64,000 nt of DNA from assembly GCF_009914755.1 (NCBI RefSeq), contig NC_060930.1; one strand, given 5' to 3'. The DNA is from the human T2T-CHM13v2.0 reference genome, Homo sapiens. The position numbers were made by a program, and so were the translations under genes. Under the pieces are notes generated by a model. The model had not been told where the DNA came from. It did no database searches and saw only the letters and a list, made by a program, of their open reading frames with translations. Positions 44,501 through 61,689 of this stretch are shown piece after piece. Position 1 is the first letter of the stretch. Each line of letters begins with the position of its first letter.

Positions 44501-46158
44501 TCCTTTCCAATTAAGCACACTGGAACTGAGGAAGTAATGACAGGGTGAGTCCTAACACCCTCATCATCACTACTGAGCCTGCCTTGACAAGAACTCCATT
44601 TATCACCTGCCTTCATAATTTCCCATCCTAACTAGCTGTCATCATGGAATTTCACGTTTTGCTGATGTCATTGTAAGGTTAGACCCTGTATACCCTGAAA
44701 AGTCTGTATATTTCCATTTTCTTAGTGTAAAGTTACACAGGTCCCTTTGGGGGAAGGTTTGTGGCATTGCAGGGTTTTTTCTCCAAGGGGGCCCAGTCTC
44801 CCCTCTAATCACTAGGCCAGGAGCCTGAGAACTGACTCAAATCTGGGAGCTAGGTGAGGGATTATCATTTTTCTTTTTGGCAGCAGACTTCAGATTTCAG
44901 CTTACCTTCTCTTAATATTTTTTTTTCTGGTTACACAAGTCAGGAAATATTCATGGTGGGTACTCATCTATCTTTCCTCTAGAAATAGCCTGTGTGTACA
45001 GGACCCTGGCTGGCACCTTGGCCTTGCTGCCATATGGTAGTCATATTCATTTTGTGGTAGTCATATTCACTTTGATGGCTGAATGCTGCTACTTGGCCTC
45101 TGCTACTCCAAAATATCTTCATCTTCAGTAATGTTAGAGAGGTCAGTTCTGTTGCCGCATTTCCTACTGTGAATCATAGACCATGGAAGACAATCACTAG
45201 TAAGATTCCCAACAATGCTGGTGGTCCCTCATGAGTGAGTTTGTTATTTTTATATAAAGGGCATGTCTTCTTGGCCTCACAGGGAACAAGATCAAGGTCT
45301 GTGGTCTTACATAATAAATCCTCCCTGGACTGTCTGACTCCTTCCTCAATACCATGCCATGGCAAATATGGCATCTTTCCCTCATTGACTGTGGGCTGTC
45401 ACCTTGTCCAAGCTTCAAGAAACCTCTGACCAGCATTATTAGGATCGGCACAATTGTGCTCTTGAGGACAGTGAGTTATAGGAGAGTGTCAGTAAACCTT
45501 CCCTAGTCACTCTTATGTATAATACCCACACCTCCTGACCCAACACTCTCAAGATCTGCCCCCATATGTGTTTCTCTGACTTCTGCTGCTAAGTATTAGG
45601 CCTTTCAACTCTTGATGAGTAAACCAGTCACCAAATACTTGGTGAATAGTTTTCATTTACTGCCTTTGCGTGGGACTTCATTTCCTTCTCTGGGGTTTTG
45701 CAGATAATGGACCTTAACTAGTGGGCTGGAGGCAATGAGGGGATGTGAGGATGCATCCTGTGAAGGACAAAAGTCATCTTGTAAGTATTCCCCTCAAGTG
45801 AGGACTTCCTGTGGTACCCAGGTAATGGGTGGCTGCTTTCTTCTAGCAAGGGAGAGGGGGCTGCTTCTGTTGCCCCAGAGATCAGGGAAATCCTAGGGTT
45901 CAGTGTTCTCAGACTCATCTCGGTGGGAGTGGCAATGACACTTAACTCTAACGGAAGCATTTGGTGTCTATGGTATCTATAGATTATATAAGTTTCCTCC
46001 ACAGTGTCCTCTGCCATGCTGGACAGAAGTGGGTGGTAAGACGGTATCATTTGGTGGGAAGAGTCAATTTCCTTGGGCAGCAGCAGAAGCTCAGCATAAC
46101 CATTCATTTAAAGCCAAGAGGGATGCAGGTATTTGATGGTTAAGGTTAGGGGATAATG

Positions 46159-46625
<467 letters not shown>

Positions 46626-47776
46626 TCAGATGTGCAGCGGCAAATATGACCATGTTATTGAAGATTAAAGAGAGACAGAAGATATCTGCCTCTGACCATT
46701 ATGGTCTAACTCATATCAGAGAAACAGATAAGCCCTCCTACTGAAAATAACTAGAAAAGCTGAATACAATACAAAAAAACCATTTGAGGAGGTGTAGATA
46801 GATATCAAGGCAGTCAGACTTGTGGGACCAACATCTCAGAGAGAAGGGGAAATGTTGATATGAGCCAGACTTTCTTCAGTACTTTTCTTCTTGAGGCATT
46901 TGATGATTCCTAAGATGGCGCCAGGTGAGGCTCTGCACAAAGCAGAGAGCCTCAACTAAGGCACAGAGAAACCAAGCAAAGCTCCCCAGAATTTCACAGG
47001 ACTGTAGAGAAGAAAATTGGGTTTTAAGACTACCAAGGCAAATAAAATGTAAGGAGTCAAGATTCTGGAACAGAAGAAAACACAGTTTTTGTTCACTAGT
47101 GTATCCTGCTATATATAGAACTGTGCTTGATACATAATAGATGCTCAATAAATATTTGTTTAAATACACTTTGATGATGCAAAAGAAATCTGAGGATAAA
47201 TGGGTGACTACAAAAGAGAACCTGAACCAGATTAATTTTTTTTCTCTAGGCCACTAGTGTTTACAAGTTGTATTTAAAGGTATATGCAGATATCAATAAA
47301 TCTATCCATTCTCAATGGATCTGTTTCCAAATGCCACATTAAGCAATTCCAATCAACCTAGCATTATTATAAGAGCTTTGGCATGAAATAGAACTAGCTT
47401 TGCCTTCTCTCTCCACTCTCTCCACTGTTAACCATGCACATGACCCTGATCAAGCTACTGGACCCCTTTGAGTCTCAGTTTTCTTGCCTGTAAAATTGGG
47501 ATAATAATGTCTACCTGCAGGATTAAATGAAATAAAATGTGTTAACCTTTATTCATTCAGCAATTATTTAGTGAGTACCATGTTCTAGGTGCTTTCATAG
47601 GTACTAGGGGAAAATTCATTCATCCTTCACTAGCTATTTATTGAGTTATAGACAATATACTGGTAACTGGGGAAAAAGTCAAGAGTCCCTGCTCTCATGG
47701 AGTTTGCATTTTAAAAGAGGGAGACAGCCATATTTTAAGCAAGATAATGGAAGTAAATATTAAATAAATTAGATGG

Positions 47777-48189
47777 TGTGATGGTTAACGTTTTGGGTCA
47801 ACTTGACTGGGTTAAGGGGTGCCCAGATAGTTGGTAAGACATTATATTTGGGTGTGTCTGTGAGGGTGTTTGTGGAAGAGATTGGCATTTGAATTGGTAG
47901 AAGATTTGCTTTCATCAGTGTGGGCAAGTATCACTCAATCCATTGAGAGACTAAATAGAACAAAAAGGTGGAGGAATGGTGAATTCTTTCTCTCTTCTCT
48001 GGTTCTGAGACCTTCAGACTCAGGCTGAATTAGACCACTGGCTTTCCTGGGTCTCTAGCTTACAGATGCCATATCATGGGACTGCTTGGCCTCCATAGTC
48101 ACGTTAGCCAATTCCCATAATAAATCTTATTTTGTCTCACTCTATATATCCTATTGGTTCTGTTTCTCTGAAGAACTCTGGCTAATACA
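47777..48189 (+). mobile_element. MLT2 (ERVL) solo LTR inserted in an L2
   Basis: TG...CA termini 'tgtgatggttaac' / 'gaactctggctaataca'; 5-bp TSD gatgg/gattg. Confidence 0.9.
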
Positions 48190-50129
48190 GATTGTGATAG
48201 GTATTTTTGAAAAAAATTCCAAGGGGGGAAGTGGCTGGAGAAGCTGTGTGTGGTATGAGGAAGGGGGAAGTCACAACCTTCTCACTGGGTACAACTCAGC
48301 ATTGGTGGCCAAGTCCTGCATCCAGAAGCATGCAGTAAAGCCCATGTCTCTGGTGTGCAGCAGGCACACCTTGGCACTCCTTGGGTTATCTCCTGTTGCT
48401 GCTGCTGCTGCCACTAAAGGAGAAACATATGAACTTGATGACTCTGTGAGCCTATGTCACGCCTGCTGGATTACTGGTCACAGCTTCAGTTTACCCTGCT
48501 AATTCCCAAACATATGCATCCATGTAGACTTGCAGGGGTGCCAGGTATTCAGTCTCACACAGCAGATATTTCTCTTCTACAGCGAAAATGATAACAAAGG
48601 CTGGATGTTTACATAATGGCAGAGAATTGTCTTTGTGCCTATTTCTACATCTGCACAATTTGAGAACTTGGGCAGACCCAGGTCTAGAGTGTATACAATG
48701 CTCATTTTATGACTGTAGTAGAAGTACAGAGTTTCTAGAAGAGGAAAGAAATCCATTATCTCCCCTAATGGATGTTATAGGGAGTTTCTACTAAATATTG
48801 CATAAAATAAACTTAAAACAATTCTCTGTACTGAGTTTATGATGCAGTCTATGGCTCCCACAAGAGAATAAATGATAATGGAGAGAGAAATATTTACCAA
48901 ACCCAAAAGTAGGAGCCATTTATTTAGCCATTAACTGGGAAATTGGCAATGTTAAAATTATTGTGCTAAAGAAATTCATTTCTTAAACACATAAATATCA
49001 TGCTCATAATTTAAAGGTTTCATTTTTAACTGTTCATTTAAGGGAAGAGAAGGATTAGTAGACTTTCATTTTAGGTAGACAGGAAAATTTCCATGGACAA
49101 AGAGAACTTGGTAAATAGCCTCTATGGACCTCATATAAAAGGAAAGGTTGGATGTTCCTGAGAGGATTTCTTCAAAGAAGCTGTCATTATTTACCGAATA
49201 GCTGCAGAAAGCCACAACCCCTTTATGTAACTTGGAATGCCCTCTTCTCTTCTTTGTGGCTGCCTCATCCTTCCGTTCTTTCCTTTAGGGCTAGGTCAGC
49301 TCTCACAACCTCCGGGCAGCTGTACCCGAATATCCCGGCACACGCTCTCATCTTTTCTCCACCCACCTGTCCCATGGATTGTCTGAGCTACATGATATAC
49401 TTCCTCATGTTTTCACACACATGCGTCTTGCCTCTCCTAACAAAGCAAGAAACTGATTCTCAATAGAAAGGGGCAGTGATGCTTCTAATCGGCGTCCACA
49501 CTCATTCTTGATACTGGGATGGGTACTTCACTTACGTTTAACAATCTGGTATGAATTAAAAACTTAAATATGACCCTAAAACTTTCCCATGCATCTGTTT
49601 ACCTCGAATGCATGACTGACAGACTCCCTTCTACCTGGAATTGCTTTTGGGAAATAAAATGAAGATTTCTGAATGTTAACTGCCTTCATTATTTGGAGCT
49701 TTAAGCTACCAAGTAGCCATAATTACCATTAGGAAAACAGAGAAAATAATAAAGCAATCTAGAAGAGAGTCTCATTTTGACAGACCTAGGGTTAGGAAGG
49801 TGGGGAGGGTGATCACATTTAAATGAATTATTTTTTCTTGGTTAAAAAGCAATGCATATTCATGTTGGGAAAAGTAGAAATTAAATATAGGCAAAAGAAG
49901 AAAATAAAACCACTGACAATCCTACTCCAGAAGAAAGCACTATTTGCATTTCAGTTGATATCCTTCAGGTCTTTCTTAGTTGTATGTATTTTCCTACATA
50001 TGTATTTTTCTTTCCAAAAATAGAATCATTCTGAAAACACTATTTTATAACATGCTTTTCCACTTCGAAATGTATTCTGCATATTTTCTCATGTCATTGA
50101 ATTTTCTCTTGTGCATCCTTCAGAATGGC

Positions 50130-50945
50130 CGACTCTTCTTGACATCTGTTCTTTCGTCACATCCTGTATCCAATATGGCAGCAAATCCTGTTGGCTCTGC
50201 TTCTGGAATACAGCTGGAAGTTGGCCACTTGTTCAACCCTAGTCCAAGGCAACATTATCTTATGCGTTAAGAGTTTCCTGGCAGGTCTCTTCCTTTCTGA
50301 CCTTGTTACTTGATGTCTGTCTTCAGCATGGTAGTCATGGATCTTTAGAAACCTTGGTTAGATCTTGTTACTCCTCAGCCTTCTCTGTCCCTCAGCTGGT
50401 GCCCCTTGTTCAGAGGGAACTCTGAAGTCCTCAGTGTGGTCCACTAGGCCCCAAGGCATCTGGCTGACTCTTATCTACTGCTCTTTCCCCCTTGCTCACT
50501 CCACGTCAGCTGTGGTGCTTTCCTTGCTATTCCTTGAATACGCATGGAGTCTTAGGGCCATGCATTTGCTATTTTCTACAACACTCTTTAAACACTCTCT
50601 GCCCACAGCTTGCTCCCTTGCCTTCTTCAGGTTTTTACTTAATGTCACCTTTTCAATGAGGCCTTACCTGACCACTCTATTTAATAGCTTCCCACTCCTC
50701 CACAACCCCTCCTCATGCACGTTTTCCATTCTCCTGCCCTGTTTTATGTCAGCACCCTCCTATGTGCCACAGACTGCACTTCTATGAAAAGTGTGTGGTG
50801 CTTGCAGTCTTTATTTCCCACCAGCATGCAGGCGTCACAAGGGAAGGATTCCTGTCTGTTGTGTCCACTGCATCTCTCACATTTCCAGAACAGTGCATGG
50901 TACAGAGTAAGCACTTGATAAACATTTTCTGAATGAAGGAATAGC
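50130..50945. mobile_element. L2 fragment
   Basis: 'cagcaaatcctgttggctctgcttctggaatac', 'ttaatgtcaccttttcaatgaggccttacctgaccac', 'gtaagcacttgataaacattttctgaatgaa'. Confidence 0.75.
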
Positions 50946-51353
50946 CTGCCACATTTTGATAAATCATAGTATATTTAACCAGCCCTGATGTTGGGCATCT
51001 GATTGTACTCAATTTTTCTTTACTATTGTAGATAATGCTGTAGTGAACTTCTATTCATCCACTAAACCTTTTCTGCATACACAACTTATTTCATTAGAAC
51101 AAATTTGCAGAATAGGGGATACATTTTTAAGGCCAATTTACTTTCTTTTTTTATTATACTTTAAGTTTTAGGGTACATGTGCACATTGTGCAGGTTACAT
51201 ATGTATACATGTGTCATGCTGGTGCACTGCACCCACTAACTCGTCATCTAGCATTAGGCATATCTCCCAGTGCTATCCCTCCCCCCTCCCCCCACCCCAC
51301 AACAGTCCCCAGAGTGTGATATTCCCCTTCCTGTGTCCATGTGATCTCATTGT

Positions 51354-55175
<3,822 letters not shown>

Positions 55176-55238
55176 TATGATGTTAGCTCGTTATTTTGCT
55201 CGTTAGTTGCTGCAGTTTCTTCCTAGTCTCGATGGTCT

Positions 55239-56309
55239 TTACATTTTGGCATGATTTTGTAGCAGCTGGTACTGGTTGTTCCTTTCCATGTTTAGCGCTT
55301 CCTTCAGGAGCTCTTTTAGGGCAGGCCTGGTGGTGACAAACTCTCTCAGCATTTGCTTGTCTGTAAAGTATTTTATTTCTCCTTTGCTTATGAAGCTTAG
55401 TTTGGCTGGATATGAAATTCTGGGTTGAAAATTCTTTTCTTTAAGAATGTTGAATATTGGCCCCCACTCTCTTCTGGCTTGTAAATTCTTTTCTTTAAGA
55501 ATGTTGAATATTGGCCCCCACTCTCTTCTGGCTTGTAGGGTTTCTGCCAAGAGATCTGCTGTTAGTCTGATGGGCTTCCCTTTGAGGGTAACCCAACCTT
55601 TCTCTCTGGCTGCCCTTAACATTTTTTCCTTCATTTCAGCTTTGGTGAATCTGACAATTATGTGTCTTGGAGTTGCTCATCTCGAGGAGTATCTTTGTGG
55701 TGTTCTCTGTATTTCCTGAATCTGAACGTTGGCCTGCCTTGCTAGATTGGGGAAGTTCTCCTGGATAATATCCTGCAGAGTGTTTTCCAACTTGGTTCCA
55801 TTCTCCCTGTCACTTTCAGGTACACCAATCAGACGTAGATTTGGTCTTTTCACATAATCCCATATTTCTTGGAGGCTTTGCTCATTTCTTTTTATTCTTT
55901 TTTCTCTAAACTTCCCTTCTCGCTTCATTTCATTCATTTCATCTTCCATCGCTGATACCCTTTCTTCCAGTTGATCGCATTGGCTCCTGAGGCTTCTGCA
56001 TTCTTCACGTAGTTCTCGAGCCTTGGTTTTCAGCTCCATCAGCTCCTTTAAGCACTTCTCTGTATTGGTTATTCTAGTTATACATTCTTCTAAATTTTTT
56101 TCAAAGTTTTCAACTTCTTTGCCTTTGGTTTGAATGTCCTCCCGTAGCTCAGAGTAATTTGATCATCTGAAGCCTTCTTCTCTCAGCTCGTCAAAGTCAT
56201 TCTCCATCCAGCTTTGTTCCGTTGCTGGTGAGGAACTGCATTCCTTTGGAGGAGGAGAGGCGGTCTGCTTTTTAGAGTTTCCAGTTTTTCTGTTCTGTTT
56301 TTTCCCCAT
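55239..56309 (-). pseudogene. ORF1: L1 ORF1 with two nonsense codons and an in-frame 54-bp duplication
   Basis: MGKKQNRKTGNSK from ATG at 56309; TGA after EEGFR (56163) and after RYSSR (55677); LQARREWGPIFNILKEKN repeated twice; ends QNHAKM. Confidence 0.95.
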
Positions 56310-56764
56310 CTTTGTGGTTTTATCTACTTTTGGTCTTTGGTGATGGTGATGTACAGATGGGTTTTTGGTGTGGATGTCCTTTCTGTTTGTCAGTTTTCCT
56401 TCTAACAGACAGGACACTCAGCTGCAGGTCTGTTGGAGTACCCTGCCGTGTGAGGTGTCTGTGTGCCCCTGCTGGGGGGTGCCTCCCAGTTAGGCTGCTC
56501 GGGGGTCAGGGGTCAGGGACCCACTTGAGGAGGCAGTCTGCCCGTTCTCAGATCTCCAGCTGCGTGCTGGGAGAACCAGTGCTCTCTTCAAAGCTGTCAG
56601 ACAGGGACATTTAAGTCTGCACAGGTTACTGCTGTCTTTTTGTTTGTCTGTGCCCTGCCCCCAGAGGTGGAGCCTACAGAGGCAGGCAGGCCTCCTTGAG
56701 CTGTGGTGGGCTCCGCCCAGTTCGAGCTTCCCGGCTGCTTTGTTTACCTAAGTAAGCCTGGGCA

Positions 56765-57058
56765 ATGGCGGGCGCCCCTCCCCCAGCCTCGCTGCCGCCT
56801 TGCAGTTTGATCTCAGACTGCTGTGCTAGCAATCAGCGAGACTCCGTGGGCGTAGGACCCTCCGAGCCAGGTGCCGGATATAATCTCGTGGTGCGCTGTT
56901 TTTTTTTGTTTTGTTTTTTTTTTTGTTTTTTTTTTTTTGAGACGGAGTCTCGCTCTGTCGCCCAGGCCGGACTGCGGACTGCAGTGGCGCAATCTCGGCT
57001 CACTGCAAGCTCCGCTTCCCGGGTTCACGCCATTCTCCTGCCTCAGCCTCCCGAGTAG
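56765..57058 (+). CDS. ORF0: Putative L1 ORF0-AluYb8 chimeric ORF (97 aa); expression unproven
   Basis: First 44 aa [44 protein letters not shown] match L1 ORF0, then read through the Alu poly-T and antisense Alu; Kozak-like gcaATGG. Confidence 0.45.
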   Translation: MAGAPPPASLPPCSLISDCCASNQRDSVGVGPSEPGAGYNLVVRCFFLFCFFFCFFFFETESRSVAQAGLRTAVAQSRLTASSASRVHAILLPQPPE

Positions 57059-57072
57059 CTGGGACTACAGGC
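56899..57072 (-). mobile_element. 5'-truncated AluYb8 (right arm) inserted in the L1 5'UTR
   Basis: Diagnostic 7-bp duplication GCAGTCCGCAGTCCGGCC and GGGAAGCGG/GATTGCG variants; ~40-nt A-rich tail; TSD GGTGCGC(T/C)GTTTTTT at 56890-56904 and 57073-57087. Confidence 0.96.
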
Positions 57073-58009
57073 GGTGCGCCGTTTTTTAAGCCCGTCGGAA
57101 AAGCGCAGTATTCGGGTGGGAGTGACCCGATTTTCCAGGTGCCGTCCGTCACCCCTTTCTTTGACTCGGAAAGGGAACTCCCTGACCCCTTGCGCTTCCC
57201 GAGTGAGGCAGTGCCTCGCCCTGCTTCGGCTCGCACACGGTGCGCGCACCCACTGACCTGCGCCCGCTCTCTGGCACTCCCTAGTGAGATGAACCCGGTA
57301 CCTCAGATGGAAATGCAGAAATCACCGTCTTCTGCGTCGCTCACGCTGGGAGCTGTAGACCGGAGCTGTTCCTATTCGGCCATCTTGGCTCCTCCAGGCC
57401 AATTTACTTTCAAAAATACCTGCATCCAGGAACTCTCATGCTAGCAGGATGAGGTAATGACTATTTCCCATACTCGTGTCAACTTTGAGCAATGCTAGGA
57501 ATTTCCATATGTCCAAACAACTGTTTATCAGGAAATGCAACAAGGTACTTTTGACACTGAGCGTGAAAGGAACTCATTGAACCAAAATCTTCCAAAAAGA
57601 CTGGAACATAAGAGAGCGGATGAAGAGCATAATAGAAGAGAAGTGCCAGGGAGGAGGATTATCTTAGGCAGAGCACACTGAGGATGGAGAGTTACCAGCC
57701 CTCCCGAGCTGTCGTTGGCACTGAACCAATGAGAGCCATTCATGTGCCTGTCTGTGCCTTGTGTTTTTCTTCTTCAACATATACTTTAGAACATCCATTC
57801 TGTGCAAAGCTCTGTGCCCACAGCTGTTGAGATGCCAGATGCATGCTGTTCCCTGCCCTGAAGACCCCAGCAGTCAGGCCAGGGAGAGAAGACATTCTTA
57901 GACAACCCAACAGTCGTCCCTGGGGAAAGGTGAGTGGTGCCCGATGAGGGATTGAATAAGAGAAGACATCACCATGGGCTACAGTGGTCAGGAAAGGCTT
58001 TGGAATAGA

Positions 58010-58250
58010 ACAGCAAATCTTTATGGAGCGTTTACTGGGTACCACGCAGTGTTTTAAGCACTTTCTGAATCACTGAATATTCACAGTAACCCATATTAGG
58101 TAGGCACTAATAGTACCTACAATTTACCAATGAGAAAATTGAGGCACAAGAGTTGAAATACCTTGCACCAGGTTGCGGAGGTGGTGGTAAATGGGGGAGT
58201 CAAGCAGATGGGTTCTGGATTCCTTATTAACCGTGATTCTATGCAGCCTT
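58010..58250 (-). mobile_element. MIR
   Basis: 'ttttaagcactttc...caatgagaaaattgaggcacaagagttgaaataccttgc'. Confidence 0.7.
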
Positions 58251-58259
58251 CACATTTAA

Positions 58260-58785
58260 GTTACTATCAACGTGTAACAAATCACTATGACCATAGTTGC
58301 ATAAAGCAACTGTTTTATTATGCTCCCAAATTCTGTGGGTCAGGAATTTGGATAGAACACATCAGGGACAGCTTGGCTCTGCTCCACGTCTGGGGCCTTG
58401 ACTGGGTGCATGAACACCGGGGGTTGACTCAATATGACCGGAATCACCTGGAGGCATCCATGTGTCCAGTAGATGATACTGGCTGTCAGCTGGGACCTCA
58501 GCTGTGGCTGCAGCTGGAACACCCATACGTGGCCTCTCCAGGTGGCCTGGGCTTCTACACAGCATGGTGGCCTCAGAGCAGTCAGACTTCATACACTATG
58601 GCTTAAGGCTCTAAAGGCAAGTGTCCCAGCAAACAAAGAGGAAGCAGCATTGCCTTTCCTGAGCTAACCCTGGAAGTCCCACAGTCTCAAGCCCACTCAG
58701 ATTTAACAGGAGGGGATACAGACCCCTCCCTCCACCCAAACTCTCGATGGGAGGAATGTCAAAGAATTTGCAGCCATTTTTTTGG
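58260..58785 (-). mobile_element. MLT1F-like MaLR LTR
   Basis: 'ttctgtgggtcaggaatttgg...ggctgtcagctgggacctcagctg...gtcaaagaatttgcagccatttttt'. Confidence 0.75.
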
Positions 58786-58791
58786 TAATAG

Positions 58792-59196
<405 letters not shown>

Positions 59197-60206
59197 GTGG
59201 TACTTTTTTGTAGGAAGGGCTCTCTTCCTTGTATTTCCATATGGCAAGGTCACTTTGCTTGTCGTCAGATGGAGTATTATAAAATAAAGCCAAACTCGTC
59301 TATTTGTGCTTACACTGGCCTTTCAGATTAAACAAATCCTTAATATTGGCAAAGGGCCTGACAAGCCTTTAGTATTAATTAATTCTTGGAAGTCTCTGGG
59401 GAGAAGGTAAGTATTCTTGGGAACTGACAAAATGAATTGTTTCATTAAGCAGGTAAACCATTCCTCTAAGCCCTGTGCCAACTTCTGACCTGTGAGTTCT
59501 CTTTGTATCAGGCTGGCCAGGGGCCCTCAGGCCATGCCAAGCTTGTAGGCAGAGCTGGACGAGGGCACGATGGGTCACGTGCGTGTGTCTCTTTTCTTTA
59601 CTGTTCACTGCCAGGCTCTCTCCAGGCTTTTCAAATTCCAGGCTTTCCCTACTTTGTAAGTGAATTTGACCAGCATTTTCCTCCCAAAGTCACAGTTGAG
59701 TGTTCAAAATGAGGATCCACTGGTGTCTGTTGCTGATGTGGCATAAAGGCTGCTTGAGTGGAAGGAACATCTGTCCTTGATAGGCTTCTACTATTTTCCA
59801 GTAACTTATTTTAAAAATTTACATCATTACTTTACACATGGGAAGGCTGTGTTTGCTTTCTTCTCTCTGCTCTTTCTCACCCCATACCCAATAGGCCCAA
59901 TATCCCTCAATCTAGAAATAGTCTGGAGGTGTGGGTGCCCAATCACAAGTCATCCAGATTTTCACTGCCCATCGAATGTGCAAAGAATTGGGATTCTTGC
60001 CTGATATCCTTGTCATGTGTTGTGTACTTATCCTTATTGTCATTCTTCGGACTGGTTATGGAGTTTATGGCTAAGGGGAGTATAGACCCTCACCCTCCTA
60101 ACCCACTTGCTTGCAGCAGCTTTTTCTGCAGGTGTGTCTGTCTTGGTCACTGGGCTGGATGCCTGCCTATTAAGCAGGGGCCTCCTCTTAGCTACTTTCT
60201 TCTCCT

Positions 60207-60278
60207 GATCAAGGCTTTGCTCATGACTGATGCCCAGCATTGGATCAGGGCTTTGCTCATGACTGATTCTCAACATCG
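60207..60278. repeat. Diverged 36-bp tandem duplication
   Basis: gatcaaggctttgctcatgactgatgcccagcattg / gatcagggctttgctcatgactgattctcaacatcg. Confidence 0.9.
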
Positions 60279-60654
60279 TAGACATGACTTAATTTGCCAA
60301 TGTTCAGTTCTCTTCTAACTTTGGATTACAGTTCTGCATGCCCTTGAATTCAGGACAGGTGGGGTGATGGGTTCTAGACGATGACATGAGGATAGACGTG
60401 ATGTGTGTGCCTTCTGGGATAAGGCGTTTATTTGCCAGAACTTGCCTTATTGGCCCTTCCCTTTCCTGCCATGGGGAACACTGAAGCCTCACATAGAGAT
60501 GGCTCTGTCATAAGATGTTGTGGTAATTTTGTGGAGAAGACCTCCCTCCCCACCACCAACCCATGATGGGCATGTTGCATGAGGGAGAAATAGCCTCTCA
60601 GTGTGTTCAGCCTCCGAGATTTTGGTGGTGTTTGTTGCTATAGCCTATCCTAGC

Positions 60655-60878
60655 TTATGGGTTGGCAAACTATGGCCCATGGGTCAAATCTGGTCATTCA
60701 CTTGTTTTTGCAAATGAAGTTTTATTGGGACACAGCCATACCCATTCACTTATATATTGTCTACACCTGCTTTCACACAGCAATGACAGCAATGAACAGT
60801 TGTGACAGATGCTGCATGGTCTAGAAAGTAGAAAATTGTACTATTTGGCCCTACAGAGAGAAGGTTTGCTGATGCCCA
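60655..60878. mobile_element. MER58A (hAT-Charlie MITE)
   Basis: Inverted termini 'gggttggcaaactatggccc' / 'aaggtttgctgatgccc'; 'aagttttattgggacacagcca'. Confidence 0.85.
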
Positions 60879-61689
60879 CCTATCCTGACTGATACACTCG
60901 ATAAAAGTCTCTTGAATTATTAAATTGACAATGAAAAGGTAGAAGCCCAAAGCTGATGCTAAAATAATGTGAGATAACTTTGCACGATAATCAACGCAGC
61001 TTAATTGGCAAGCATTGATTAAGCGCCAGTTATGTGTCAGACTTGGGGGAAATGATTTTTCCTTGGGGTCCTAGGGGTTTGGGGATGGCAGGAGGTGTTG
61101 CTGTCCTTCTTAAGTTTGGGAAGTAAAGACTTGAGGTGCGAAGGAGGATGTGACAAGAGGATTCAAACCCCAAGGATTCTGCATGAACTGAGGGATTTAT
61201 CACCACTGTCTCCATCGAAGTCCATTCATTCACCAAACATGCTGTGAGCTGTTGTCATTTACTATGTATGGTGTTAGCTGAATAGATGGCACAAAGGATT
61301 ATTAGGCAATTACAATATAGTGTGATGGGTGTTAGGATTGGAGTGTGCAAGACACTGGGGAAGGATATACCCTTGATAGAGCCAAAATGGCAACTGGTGT
61401 AATTCCCTGAGACTGAAGCCAGGTGAAGGCTGAGAATTGCTTGTTGGCCAACTGTAGTACTTAGGGATTTTCTTCCCTAGGGAGAAAGCCCTGGAACAAT
61501 CTCTTTACACCCTAGATTTGCACAGCAGTTCTCAGATCCTTGCTTTAGGCAGAGCCCCACTGCTAAGTCTTGTAACACAAAAGAGCTTTGCCTATGCACA
61601 GCTTTCTCTGGTTCTTTTTATCCTATCCTCCCCTGACAGGCAGCCTGGAAAGAAGCATCCTATTGATCATGACAGCACAATTGGAACTT

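Larger units (their letters stand above)
56310..57395. promoter_or_regulatory. L1 5'UTR: CpG-rich sense promoter (-) and antisense promoter (+)
   Basis: YY1 site (GCCATCTTG, 57379-57387) intact and many CpGs retained. Bidirectional activity is established for L1PA 5'UTRs in general, not shown for this copy. Confidence 0.75.
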
